DNA of 64,000 nt, taken from Mobula hypostoma. Lineage: Eukaryota. Location: the NCBI RefSeq assembly GCF_963921235.1, contig NC_086101.1, positions 12,216,001 to 12,280,000 of the forward strand, read 5' to 3'. Within the stretch, counting starts at the first letter, position 1. The number at the start of each line of letters is the position of its first letter. Shown piece by piece: positions 1 through 12,849 of this stretch. The translations under genes were made by a program, and so were the position numbers. The notes below the pieces were generated by a model. The model did no database searches and was not told the origin of the DNA. It was given only the letters and a program-made list of their open reading frames with translations.

Positions 1-49
1 CTTCATTTCCCTTTTCCTTACAGAGCTTCAATTTCAACCCACAACTTAC

Positions 50-214
50 ATCCTTTTCCAGGTTGAGGTCATCAGCAATCTTCGAGATCTCTTGAGTGGT
101 TGGCTTCGGGCACATGACGAAGAAATTCTCCAGCGCCTCCTTCACGTTGTTATCGATGCTGGTTCGCCGTTTCCGCTTGCGTGACGGAGTCAATGTTTGC
201 TCGATGCTGCATAG
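50..214 (-). CDS. pou5f1: POU5 exon 4: LCSIEQTLTPSRKRKRRTSIDNNVKEALENFFVMCPKPTTQEISKIADDLNLEKD (linker and homeodomain; exon 5 is outside the window)
   Basis: aaccag| acceptor, GAT|gtaagt donor; 165 nt; RKRKRRTS and CPKP motifs; intron after LEKD is the class V position. Confidence 0.96.
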
Positions 215-1733
215 CTGGTTTAAATATTGACTTAATGGTGACAGCGGTTCATGTACAATGCTTCCCTCCCACAACCAAAAAATAATTGACCCGCTACCTC
301 TACTTGACAGTCTTTCACAGGTGAACCATATCTGACTACAGCGGGCCCCTCCCTTCTCTGTTCTGCAAGAATGTAAACCATGGGTGAAGTTGCACAAAAT
401 GTTCTTTTTGGTCCCAATGTTTCTGCTGTAGCTACACATAAGGCATTGGGGTAGGGGTGACTTACTATACGTCAGGATTAGTGTAGGCATTGGATAATTT
501 GTGAACGTGGGTTGGTAGTAAGTTTGCAGCTGACACAAAGTTTGGCGATGTTGTGCATTGTGTGGAAGGTTGTTGGTTACAATGGGACAATGCATTAGGG
601 TTACGGTTCGCCCACCCTAATGCGTGGGTTAAATTTGAAGGCTGAATACAGGGATAATGACAGGATTCTCAGCAATGTGAAGGAACCTCCACAGATCCCT
701 CAAAGTTTGCACAAGATTAATGTTCAAAGTACATTTATTATCAAAGTATGCATATGTTGATAATATGTTGAGATTTGTCTCCTAATAGGCAGTCACAAAA
801 CAAAGAAAACCAAAAGAAACCATTTAAAAAAAAGACTGTCGCACACCTAATGTGCAGAGAGAAAAGAAACACGTCATGCAGACAATAATCGTAAGCAAGT
901 AGCATTCTGAACTGGTGTCCACAAAGAGAGTCCCATAGTTCAGCACAATTTAGCACAGAGCCCAGTTGTGGAGCTGTGATCTGAACCGGCCCATCCCTCC
1001 CCTTGGGCCCCGACACCCGGACATTTTCAATCTGGCCCGACACCTAAATCGATGTACAAACATCGGGTTCAGTCGCTTCGATACGTGCTGGGGCCTGGAG
1101 CTCACTGCTTCACTTCAGCCTTTCTGAATCAGCCCTGCGCTTAAGTCTCTGTCCAGATATCGGGTTCAATCGCCACAATACGCTCTGGTGCCCCGGCCTC
1201 GCCACCTCGATTTGGCCTTAAAACGATCAAAGCTCAGCTCATCCTTGCTCTCGGCAATGGGCCCATAGCCTTGCCTAGCCTCAGTCCTGCCACATCGATT
1301 TGACTCCAAGTTCAAAGGGAAGTTACAGACTAGTGCTGGCAATGATCATGTGTCAGGAGAAGTGTGGTGAACAAAGTATTTAGCTGTTTTCCTTGTTTCA
1401 TTAGCCACCAGACGGAAGCCGCTGCCATTGTAAACTGGAAGCTGATGGGGTTTAAGCGGGGGTATGGTTTTGCCTCTCACGAGTCAGGGGATTGAGTTAA
1501 CGAGCTGTGAGGTAATGTTGTTGCAGCTCTGTAAACATAACTTTGCTGGATCAAAAAACGACAGCACAAAAAGATCGTTACTTATCTTTTCACCCGTTTA
1601 TTTCTTCGAGCTCAGCCGGCGAGTGAACTTGGACCCGACATCCGGGACAGAACCTTTCTCATTTCCCCGGCGGTTCTACAAGTTCACTGCCCGATGTCAG
1701 AATTGTCAGAAGTTATAAGGCCACCGATATAAA

Positions 1734-1839
1734 AGAACAATCAGTTTGATAACCATTCCGGCCAAGTCAATGGACTATTGATACAGAGAACAATCAGTTT
1801 GATAACTATTCCGGTCAAGTCAATGGACTATTGATACAA
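1734..1839 (+). repeat. 53-bp tandem duplication
   Basis: AGAACAATCAGTTTGATAAC(C/T)ATTCCGG(C/T)CAAGTCAATGGACTATTGATAC x2. Confidence 0.9.
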
Positions 1840-3927
1840 AAGTACAACCAATTTGTTAGACACTCCAGCCACATTAATTAATGTGGCTGGTTTGCTGGAG
1901 CCACAACTTAATTACAAAGATAAGAACATCCGTCAAATTTATGCTTTAATTAAGAAAGGAATGTTCTGTCTCATTTCCATCAGGTGCTGCTTTTTGTCAA
2001 AATCAAAAGGTGTGAAAAACCCAGAGATATCTATGTAGATCCGGGCGAACTTTAATCATCATGCTCCAAAGAAGGCAGCTGTGAGACGTTATTCAACCAC
2101 ACTGCAGTCACAGACATAGTCAGTACTGAATCCATTGTTTACAGGGATCTGAGAATCCCCCATTCCCTTAAACTTTATCACCTGCTTAGACCATACTTGG
2201 AGCATTGTTTTCAGTTCTGGTCACCTCATTATAGGAAGGATGTGGACGCTTTAAGGAGGGCGCAGAGGAGATTTACCAAGATGCTACCTAGACTAGAGGC
2301 CATGTCATAGGTTGAACAAGCTGGGGCTTTTCTCTTTGGAGCAAAGGAGGATGAGAGGCTACCTGATAGAAGTGTACAGGTGCAAGATGATAAGAGGCAT
2401 AGTTTGAGTGGGCAGCCAGAGACATTTTCCCAGGGTGGAAATGACTAATACAAGGCAAATTAAGGTGATTGGAGGAAAGTGTAAGGTGGTGTCAGAGATA
2501 AGATTTTATTTACACAGTTAATGGTGGGCACATGAAATGCTCTGCCAGGGGTGGTGGTAAAGGCAGGTAGATTAGGAACATTTAAGAAACTCTTAGATAA
2601 GGATGAGGATGATAGAAAATGAAGGGTTGTGCAGGAGGGAAGAGTAGGGTATAACACCAGCACAACATTGTCTAGAAACAGGCTACCTGGGAGGTTTCTG
2701 AAGAGTCTCACATCAGCTTCATCCCAGGTTGGAGGCCTTGTTCTTCATCTTTTTCTTCACTTTCTCCATCATCATTTGGAAAGTAACCCCCATTTTCCAG
2801 GATCCTAATGGAGCTGCTGAGATGTGGTCAGGGTGAGTTTGAAAGGACCTTTGTTTTCTTGATGCTCTGTCCCTTTTACTACACTTTAGCAACAACACTG
2901 GCAACTAATGGCAGCTCACACAAGGGGAGATAAAGGTGTGATATGGTTTCAGTCCTGTGCTGGTCAAAGATCCTCAGACCACAGAAGAGTACAGCACAGG
3001 AGCTTCAGAACCTACAGTGGGACGTCACAAAACACAGGGCACGCACCACCGACAGCATGTCAAGGGTCAAATTTATTCCCCGTTTACATTTACATTATTG
3101 GGAATTTGCTGTGGTGTGTGGGTGCAAAATACAACAGAAGGAAAGAACATTCAACAATTCCAAAGAATAAAGAATGAAGTTAGATGTTAAAGTACAGATA
3201 TAGAATAAAATATGTATAAAAACGTAAATACCAGCATTTATTGTGTAAATAGCATTCAAAAAAGTGGTTGAAAGTATTTACAATAAGGTGCAGTGATGGG
3301 GTTATAAGATAGTGGGGTGGGAGTGTACATATTTAAATGTAGCGATGGGAGGAGTTGGGGGTGACTAACTAGAATTGTTGGTCAGATTTTCTAACTGAGA
3401 GAAGAAACTTTTAAGATGCCAGCAAACCCCTCCAAAAACACTGGCAGCATGTGCAAGTTTACACCAGCACCCATTTCCAGGCCAACATCCCCAGCATAAA
3501 CAATCTATTCTCAGTCAACTCCAGTGGGCAAGCCACATCACCTGCTTGCCTGGCACCAGACTGCCAAAGCAAGCATGCTCTTCAAGTGTTTTCCCGGTCA
3601 TCCTAGTCTGTTTTGGGAAGAGGTTTCCAGGCAGACAAGGAAAAAGGTTCAGGGATATTCCTTTTGCAGCATCTTCCCCCGACTCCTGGGAATACCTGGG
3701 AAATAGAGGAGCAACATCTGAGAGGGTGTTGACCCTCTTCCATATGAGCACGCAGATGCCCGACGCCGGCAGCAGGAGCACAGCATCTGCACTCTCACCC
3801 CAGACAAACAATACCTCCGCTGGATCTTGCAAGCACCCACAGTGCTGGAGGGAGTGCACATCCCAGAGGACGTGCATGCGCCAATTACTCTGCCCATTGT
3901 AGGTGGGGTCATTCCCTCTGCACTAAC

Positions 3928-4058
3928 CTCCTGAAAGTTGCCGTTATCCTTGGCCTCTTGTAGCCACCGCTGCAGCAGGGGCTTCAGCTTGCACATGTTC
4001 TTGTAGCTCAGCTGCAACGCCTCAAAACGACAGATGGTCGTCTGGCTGAACATCTTCC
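3928..4058 (-). CDS. pou5f1: POU5 exon 3: [44 protein letters not shown] (POU-specific domain and linker)
   Basis: Canonical POU-specific motif [20 protein letters not shown]; ccccag| acceptor, GAG|gttagt donor; 131 nt, phase 1 to 0. Confidence 0.97.
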
Positions 4059-6348
4059 CTGGGGAGAAACAGAGGTTCACAAACTCCTTCTTGCAAAGCC
4101 AAGCCCATTCACAATGACAAGCCGAGAGCAGGTGCAGACTGCCGCCAGGATGGGCTGTAACATTTTGCACGCTCGGGCGGGCGCCAGCTGTCTGCACCTC
4201 TGTGACCAGCCCCGGCTTCATGTGCATTTTTGGCCTTGAAGGTCCCACTTCGGAAGTTGAAGTGAGATCTCCAAAACTAGAGATACACAGCATATGGAGT
4301 GAAATCTGGAGTATGTGACGTGCACAGTCGTGAATTCTTCCTCTGCATAGCTCCGTACACACAGAGTGGTGGATGCATGGAATGTATTGTATTGCCAGGG
4401 GTGGTGCTAGAGGCAGATACATTCAGGGCATTTAAGAAACTCTTAGATTGGCAGATGTATGATAGAAGAAAACAGGGGGCTATGTAGGGTTGATCTTAGT
4501 GTAGGTTACAGGGTCGGCTCAACATCGTGGGCCGAAGGGCCTGTACTGTGCTCTACTGTCTATGTCTTGGTAAACCCATGTCTGCACTGTCGGTTCAGCA
4601 CTGATTACTCAGCGCTGTTGCATTATGCCTCAGATTCTCTTAGCAGCTTCCAACCCCTCCATCACTCCACCGTTTCCATTCCTTACACTCATCATATGCT
4701 AGCCACAACTTTAAAAAAAACCTCTTTCCATGCTCGGGACCTTCTAGAGCTCTTCCCTTACAGGTTCAGCTGGGGACTGGGACAGCAAACAGAACATAAG
4801 ACCGTAAGACATCGGAGCAAAATTAGAAAGTTAGATCATTCAGCCCGTCGATTCTGCTCTGCAATACAATCACGGCAGATTAATTACCCTTCTCATCACC
4901 ATGCTCCAACCTTTTCCCCACACCCTTTCATGCTCTGACTAATCAAGAACCAATCAATCTCCACTTTAAATATACCCACTGACTTGGCCTCCATGGCTTT
5001 TGTGGCAATGGATTCCACAGATTCACCACCTCTGGCTAAAGGCACCCTCATCATCTCTGTTCTAAGGGGACGTCCTTCTACTCCGAGCTCTGCCCTTTGG
5101 GCCTAGACTCTCCCCTATGGAAACATCCTCTTCGCATCCACTTTACCTAGGCTTTTCAATATTCGGCAGCTTTCAACGAGATCAAGGACAAATGGACAAG
5201 GGAACCACAGAGGGAGCAATCTCTGCGGAAAGTGGAGAGTGGGGGGGGGGGAAGGGGGAGTATCCTAACCAATGTTGATTTGAGGTACAAGTATCTCCGA
5301 AACAGGTTGTTATCCCTTTTCTGTTTGTGGAAGCTTTTCCTGCACAAAAATGATGGACTGTTTTCCACCATATAGGGTCTGTGAACAAGGAAACGTAAGT
5401 ACAAGAAGCTGACACATGTGCTTAACAACATGGCGAATAGAAAGAACGAAATAAGAAAAAGAAAGAAAAAAACCAAACAGGCCTCAAGTTTAACATCTCA
5501 TCCAACACTTGGAACCTAGTGCAGTTCCAGACTAAGTAAGTCTGATTTTGTGTGTTGGAGTGTCATAGTCATAGAGCATTATAGTACAGTAACAGACCCT
5601 TCAGCCCATCTAGTCCATGCCAAACCACTATTCTGCCAAGTCCCTTTGACCTGCAGCTGGAAATAGCCCTCCATACCCCTTCCATCCATGTACTTATCTA
5701 ACTTCCCATAAACATTGCAAATGACCTGCATCCACTAATTCTGCTGGCAGCTGACACCACCTTTATTTATATATTTATTTATCGATCTATTATCTGTTAA
5801 GATACAGTGTGGATAGGCCTTTTCTCTCCTTTGAGCCACGTCGCCCAGCAAACTCCCAATTTAATCCAAGCCTAATCACAGCACAATTAACCTACCAACC
5901 AGACTGTGGACTGTGGGAGGAAATCAGAGCACCCGGAGGAAATCCATGCAGTCAAGGGGAGAATGTACAAACTCCTTACAGGCAGTGATGGGAATTGAAC
6001 CTGGGTCGCCTGTACTGTAAAGTGTTGTGCTGACCACTATGCTACCCTGCCACCCTCTGATTGAAGGAGATCCCACTTCTGGTTCCTCTTAACTATTTCA
6101 CCTTTCACCCTAAACCTATGACCTCTAGTCCTTGCTCCAGTGGAAAAAGCCTGCATTACCTCGTAATTTTGTATACTTTTATCAAAACTCCTCCCATTGA
6201 GAGGCAAAAGTAGTACCTGTGGTCCCATAATTGACACCAATAGTTCAGTAAATGATGTACTACAGACAATGATGTTGGGCTAATCAAGATTTGTCTTTTC
6301 AAAAAGGAAAAGAGCCATCGCACTCCCTCAATCAAGCTTCATACTCAC

Positions 6349-6460
6349 CATACAGAGCCCCAAGGGCCAAGCCCACCTCAGCCTGTGTGAAGCCCATTGT
6401 GATGCGCTTCTTCTTCAGCTCTTTTGCAAACTGCTCCAAGTCCTCCGAAGTGGGAGAATC
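6349..6460 (-). CDS. pou5f1: POU5 exon 2: [38 protein letters not shown] (start of POU-specific domain)
   Basis: Hand translation; atatag| acceptor, G|gtgagt donor; 112 nt, phase 0 to 1; missed by the ORF track. Confidence 0.95.
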
Positions 6461-7153
6461 CTATATGGTTAACGAACAGCAAGTCACCAGTTACAGAAAC
6501 TTGAGTACAAGAACTAAGGTGAAGTTTACAAGGTGTTGGCCAGACATTTGAAATATTCTGAGCAGTTTTGGGCCCCTTGTCTAAGAAAGCACAGTTTTGG
6601 GCCCCATATCTCAGAGAAGATGTGTAGATGTGTTGTCACTGGAGACAGTCCAGAGGAGGTTCACGAGGATGAGTCTGGGAATGAAGGGGTTAACATATGA
6701 GGAGCTTTGAGCCTGTACTCATTGAAATTTAGAAGAATGCGGGTGTGGAATCTCATTGAAACCTACTGAATGTTGAAAGGACTAGATAAGGTGGACGTGG
6801 AGAGGATGTTTCCTATGGTGGGTGTATCCAGAACTAGAGCGCACATCCTCAAAAGAGGGGCGACTTTTTAGAGGAGGAATTTTTTTAACCAGAGAGTAGT
6901 GATTCTGTGGAATGCTCTGCCACAGACTGAGGTAGAGGCCAAGTTCATGGCTGTATTTAAGGATGAAGTTGATCGTTTCCTGATCAAAGGATATGGCGAG
7001 AAGGTGGGTGTATGGGGTTAAGTGGGATCTGGGATCAGCCATGATGGAATGGCAGAGCAGACTCGATGGACTGAATGGCCTAATTCTGCTCCCATGTCTT
7101 ATGGTCTTATAATGGTTTCTTGTCCAGCATTGTCATAGAGTCATAGACCAATG

Positions 7154-9650
7154 CATCATCATCATCTTCATCATCATCATCATCATCATCAGGTGCCGGG
7201 CCTAGTTTGAGCTTTGACTGCCATGGCCCAACACTCCTGTTTCGGGTCAAGTGAATCAATTCATTGGTATTCATTTCCAGTTCTCCATCATCATTTGTCT
7301 TTGCTTTCCTCTTGCTGTCTTCCCTTCAATCTTTCCCATAATTACCGTGCATTCTGACTGTAAAAGCTTTTATAGATATGTAAAAAGGAAAAGATTGGTT
7401 AAGACAAATGTAGGTCCCCTACAGACAGAAACAGGTGAATTGATTATGGGGAGCAAGGACATGGCAGACCAATTGAATAATTACTTTGGTTCTGTCTTCA
7501 CTAAGGAGGACATAAATAATCTTCCAGAAATAGTAGGGGACAGAGGGTCCAGTGAGATGGAGGAACTGAGCGAAATACATGTTAGTAGGGAAGTGGTGTT
7601 AGGTAAATTGAAGGGATTGAAGGCAGATAAATCCCCAGGGCCAGATGGTCTGCATCCTAGAGTGCTTAAGGAAGTTGCCCAAGAAATAGTGGATGCATTA
7701 GTGATAATTTTTCAAAACTCGTTAGATTCTGGACTAGTTCCTGAGGATTGGAGGGTGGCTAATGTAACCCCACTTTTTAAAAAAGGAGGGAGAGAGAAAC
7801 CGGGGAATTATAGACCGGTTAGCCTAACATCGGTGGTGGGGAAACTGCTAGAGTCAGTTATCAAAGATGTGATAACAGCACATTTGGAAAGCGGTGAAAT
7901 GATCGGACAAAGTCAGCATGGATTTGTGAAAGGAAAATCATGTCTGACGAATCTCATAGAATTTTTTGAGGATGTAACTAGTAGAGTGGATAGGGGAGAA
8001 CCAGTGGATGTGGTATATTTGGATTTTCAAAAGGCTTTTGACAAGGTCCCACACAGGAGATTAGTGTGCAAACTTAAAGCACATGGTATTGGGGGTAAAA
8101 TATTGATGTGGATAGAGAATTGGTTAGCAGACAGGAAGCAAAGAGTGGGAATAAACGGGACCTTTTCAGAATGGCAGGCGGTGACTAGTGGGGTACCGCA
8201 AGGCTCAGTGCTGGGACCCCAGTTGTTTACAATATATATTAATGACTTGGATGAGGGAATTAAATGCAGCATCTCCAAGTTTGCGGATGACACGAAGCTG
8301 GGTGGCCTGTGAGGAGGATGCAGAGTGACTTGGATAGGTTGGGTGAGTGGGCAAACTCATGGCAGATGCAATTTAATGTGGATAAATGTGAAGTTATCCA
8401 CTTTGGTGGCAAAAATAGGAAAACAGATTATTATCTGAATGGTGGCCGATTAGGAAAAGGGGAGGTGCAACGAGACCTGGGTGTCATTATACACCAGTCA
8501 TTGAAAGTGGGCATGCAGGTACAGCAGGCGGTGAAAAAGGCGAACGGTATGCTGGCATTTATAGCAAGAGGATTCGAGTACAGGAGCAGGGAGGTACTAC
8601 TGCAGTTGTACAAGGCCTTGGTGAGACCACACCTGGAGTATTGTGTGCAGTTTTGGTCCCCTAATCTGAGGAAAGACATCCTTGCCATAGAGGGAGTACA
8701 AAGAAGGTTCACCAGATTGATTCCTGGGATGGCAGGACTTTCATATGAAGAAAGACTGAATGAACTTGGCTTGTACTCGTTGGAATTTAGAAGATTGAGG
8801 GGGGATCTGATTGAAACGTATAAAATCCTAAAGGGATTGGACAGGCTAGATGCAGGAAGATTGTTCCCGATGTTGGGGAAGTCCAGAACAAGGGGTCACA
8901 GTTTGAGGATAAAGGGGAAGCCTTTTAGGACCGAGTTTAGGAAAAACTTCTTCACACAGAGAGTGGTGAATCTGTGGAATTCTCTGCCACGGGAAACAGT
9001 TGAGGCCAGTTCATTGGCTATATTTAAGAGGGAGTTAGATATGGCCCTTGTGGCTACGGGGATCGGGGGTATGGAGGGAAGGCTGGGGCAGGGTTCTGAG
9101 TTGGATGATCAGCCATGATCATAATAAATGGCGGTGCAGGCTCGAAGGGCCGAATGGCCTACTCCTGTACCTATTTTCTATGTTTCTAACTCCTCTTTCC
9201 TAATCACATGTCCAATGAAGTTACATTGCCTTTTCATGATCTCATACATTATTTCTCTTTTTGTGTTTGCTCTGTTCATGACATCCTTGTTAGATATTCG
9301 TTTCATCCATGATATTCTTTGCATCCTCCTCAAAAACCACATCTCTGCTGCTTCAATTCGTTTCCTCATGTTATTAGATATTGTCCAACATTCTGATCCA
9401 TATAACATAACTGGATAAACGTAACATTTCAGTACTCTGAGGCGGGTTGTCATGCCTAGTTTAGAATTGGTCAGTATACCCTTCATTCTCGTAAAGGTGT
9501 CTTTTGCCATCCCTATTCTTCTTTTGATGTCCACGTCGCACCTGCCATCTGAGGTCACCCAGCTTCCTAAGTAATAAAAGTTCTGTACTTGTTTTATGTC
9601 TTTCCTGTTTATTCTAAGCCTGCAGATAGAATTCTCCTTCTTGATATCCA
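7154..9650 (-). mobile_element. RTE-clade LINE 3' fragment, split by the CR1 insertion (7154-7355 and 9188-9650)
   Basis: FYYLGS, MLYGSECW, FLRRM motifs; reading [20 protein letters not shown] continues across the CR1; (CAT)n tail at 7154-7190. Confidence 0.88.
7356..9187 (+). mobile_element. Young 5'-truncated CR1-clade LINE (RT ORF2 with one frameshift near 8305) in pou5 intron 1
   Basis: ORFs 7251-8312 and 8309-9118 with [36 protein letters not shown]; tail ATTTTCTATGTTTCT. Confidence 0.95.
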
Positions 9651-9705
9651 AAGAGAAGGAGAATCCTATCTGCAGGCTGAGAATAAACGGGGAAGATATA
9701 AAACA
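9590..9705. repeat. Imperfect inverted repeat at the 5' truncation of the RTE element
   Basis: TGTTTTATGTCTTTCCTGTTTATTCTAAGCCTGCAGATAG... is mirrored by ...CTATCTGCAGGCTGAGAATAAACGGGGAAGATATAAAACA. Confidence 0.85.
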
Positions 9706-12059
9706 TTAACAGAACATAGACAACTACGGCACAGAAACAGGCCCCTCGACCCACCTAGCCTGTGCCGAACTATTACTCTGCCTCGTCCTATTGACCTGTA
9801 GCCCTTCACCCTTCCATCCATGCACTTATCCAAATTCTCTAAAACTTGCAGTGGAAACTACATCCATCACTTCGTTCCATACTCACACCACCCTCTAAGT
9901 GAAAGAATTCCCCGTCAAGTTCTCCTTAAATATTTCAGCTTTCACACTTATTCTATGACCTCTAGTTCTATTCTCATTCAAGCTGAATGGAAAAAGGCTG
10001 CTGGCATTAAGCCTATCTATACTGCAAACAATCTTGTATACCTCTGTCAAATCTTCCATCATTCTCCTGCACGCCAGGAAATAAAGTCCCAACCTATTCA
10101 ACCTTTTCCTATAAACTTGGTGTTACACTTTCACTTTATTCTGTATTGTTCTGGTTCTACCTCAGTGCACTGTGTAATGATCTGATCTGTGTGGACAGTC
10201 TGCAAAAAAAGCTTTTCACTGTATTTCAGTACGTGTGTCAATAATGAACCAATTCTAATTCCATTCAGCTCCTTTCAAATCAAACTCCAAAGAAAGGCAT
10301 TCTGCCAGATGACAAGGACAACATTTCAGAAAAACAACATACTTGAAATTCACCTTCTCACTCCATGACAGTGGGTGAGCCGGAGGCCTCTTCACTCCAG
10401 CTTCGGAGTCACCGGGTTGATCGCATTACACTCATGGCAGCCTCAAAGAATCACGGCAATCGTCCATGGTCCAGAGAAACACACGCAAAATGCTGGGGGA
10501 ACTTAGCAGGTCTTGCAGCACCTCTGGAGGGGAATAAACAGGCGGTGGTTTGAAGGGTCTCGGCCTGAAACTTTGACTCCGTAGATGCTGCCTGACCTGC
10601 TGAGTTCCAACAGCATTTTGTGTGTGTTACTCTGGATTTATCAATCTGGGTTAGATTGATCTATGGGTAAACTAAAGGGTCAGCACAACTTTGTGGGCCA
10701 AAGGCCTGTCCTGTTCTATGTTCTATGCTCTAACCACCTTAAAATGTCAGAAATTTGCAGGACAGGAGGCAATTTGACTCATTCTGTCCATATGTTTTCA
10801 GTACATGGGAATACTGAGCTCACAGCAGGTAGATCTACTGCCTCACCTGCAGGTACAGTACCCAGGTTTGATCCTGATTTTTGGAGCTGACTATGGGGAG
10901 TTTGCATGTTCTCCCAGCAGTCAGTGTATGCTCTGCTTCCCCACCACAACACAAAGGTTGGTGGGTTAATTGGCCTTGTAAACCATTCATTAGTGTAGAT
11001 AGTGAAAGAAAAGAGTTGATAGGCGCGAGGGAATGGGCAATAGTTGTAATCAAAGGCCCAAGAGCTAGTATTGATTCCATGGGTCAACTAACTTCTTGCT
11101 AAGTCTACAAAAATGTAACCCTACTTCACAGGTCACGATCCAATTCTGTGACAAGTCCTTTACAATTTTAAGAGCTAAAAGAGCTTCAAAACCAACATCG
11201 TCAAAAGCCTGTCCCGATCAAACCATGCAGACGCCACAGCCAAGAAAGCACCCCAGTCCCTCTACTTCCTCAGGAGATCGAAGAGATCTGACATGGCCCG
11301 CTGTTGACCCTCACCGCCTTCCGAAGAAGGCATCCTATCCAAATGCATCACGGCTTGGTATGGCAACTGTTCTGCCCGAGGTCACAGAAAAGTTCTGGAC
11401 ACAGCTCCATGGATTCTGTCTCCACATCTGGCTACCTCCGCAAAGCAGGCAACATTATCAAAGACCCAACAAACTCCAAACGTTCTCTCTTCTCCCACCT
11501 CTGACAGGGCAGACACTCCACAAGCCTGACAGCACACAACACTTGAGCATCTTCTATCCTGTACTGAACAGTCCTTGGACAAGGCCTCAATCTACCTCAT
11601 GATGCCCTAGTACTCTACCCTGCCCTCTCTGTACCACTTTTCCCTACTCTCTATTGCTTTTCCAATGTACACCGACACCCAGTACACTGTTGCAATGAAG
11701 ATACCGGTGTGGATGGCATCCAAAACAGTTTCTCGCTGTATCTCAGTATATGCAACAATAAGCCAATTTTACCAATTTTTCCTCATCTAGGTGCATTTTC
11801 ATATCAAACCAAAAAAGGAGTGCTGAAAATGCTCCCTGGGTCAGGCAACACGTGTCTAAATCAAAGCAGTTTATTGCTATATTTCTAAGTACATGTCTTC
11901 ACTGGTGGCAATGGGAAAACTTACTTGCAGCAGCAGGACAGGCACGTAGCATCAGATACACGTCATTATTCACAAGAAGCGCAAACTATACACAACCTGG
12001 ACAACAAAACATAATTAGAACAAAAATAACTCTGCCCTCGTCATTGTGCTCATTGTGCT

Positions 12060-12836
12060 CACTACCATTCATGGCTCCAAACAGTCCTTCCAGGTGCAGT
12101 CTTCACCTGCAGTCTGTTGCAATCGTATACTATGTCCTGTGCTCCCGGTGTGGCCTGCTGTACATCGATGAAACCCGACGTAGATTTGAAGACCGTTTCG
12201 CCGAGCACCTACACTCCATCCACCAGAAGAAGTGGGATCTCCCAGTGGCCACCCATTTTAATTCCCCTTCCCATTCCCATTCCGATATGTCCATCCGTGA
12301 CCTCTACTGTTGTGATGAGGCCACACTCAGGTTGGAGGAACAACACCTTGTATAAGAATGTGTGTCTATAAATAAATAATAGATGGGGTACGAGGGGGAG
12401 GTAGGGCGTTAGCGGAAATTTGAGAAGTCGATGTTCATGCCATCGGGTTGATTACACACATGCTTTTTCTCTCTCTCCTTTTTCTCCCTCTGTCCCTCTC
12501 ACTATACCCCTTGCCCATCCTCTGGGTTTCCCCACCCCCCTTTTCTTTCTTCCCGGACCTCCTGTCCCACGATCCTCTCGTATCCCTTTTGCCAATCAAC
12601 TGTCCAGCTCTTGGCTCCATCCCTCCCCCTCCTGTCTTCTCCTATCATTTTGGATCTCCCCCTCCCCCTCCCACTTTCAAATCTCTTACTCACTCTTCCT
12701 TCAGTTAGTCCTGACGAAGGGTCTCGGCCTCAGACGTCGACTGTACCTCTTCCTATAGGTGCTGCTTGGCCTGCTGCGTTCACCAGCAACTTTGATGTGT
12801 GTTGCTTGAATTTCCAGCATCTGCAGAATTCCTGGT
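12060..12836 (+). mobile_element. Penelope-like element (PLE) fragment: GIY-YIG endonuclease remnant, 3' pseudo-LTR and degenerate hammerhead
   Basis: VYYVLCSRCGLLYIDETRRRFEDRFAEHL..I is a GIY-YIG pattern; internal inverted segment at about 12355-12447. Confidence 0.85.
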
Positions 12837-12849
12837 GTCTCCCCCATCT

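Noticed and set aside
3649..4422. 257-aa ORF containing the POU motif as a single-exon gene
   Set aside because: Only 3928-4058 is POU-like and bounded by AG/GT; the flanks are intronic read-through
7251..9118. Active autonomous LINE or host RT gene
   Set aside because: 5'-truncated (no ORF1 or endonuclease) and frameshifted near 8305; the ORF N-terminus comes from the antisense RTE flank
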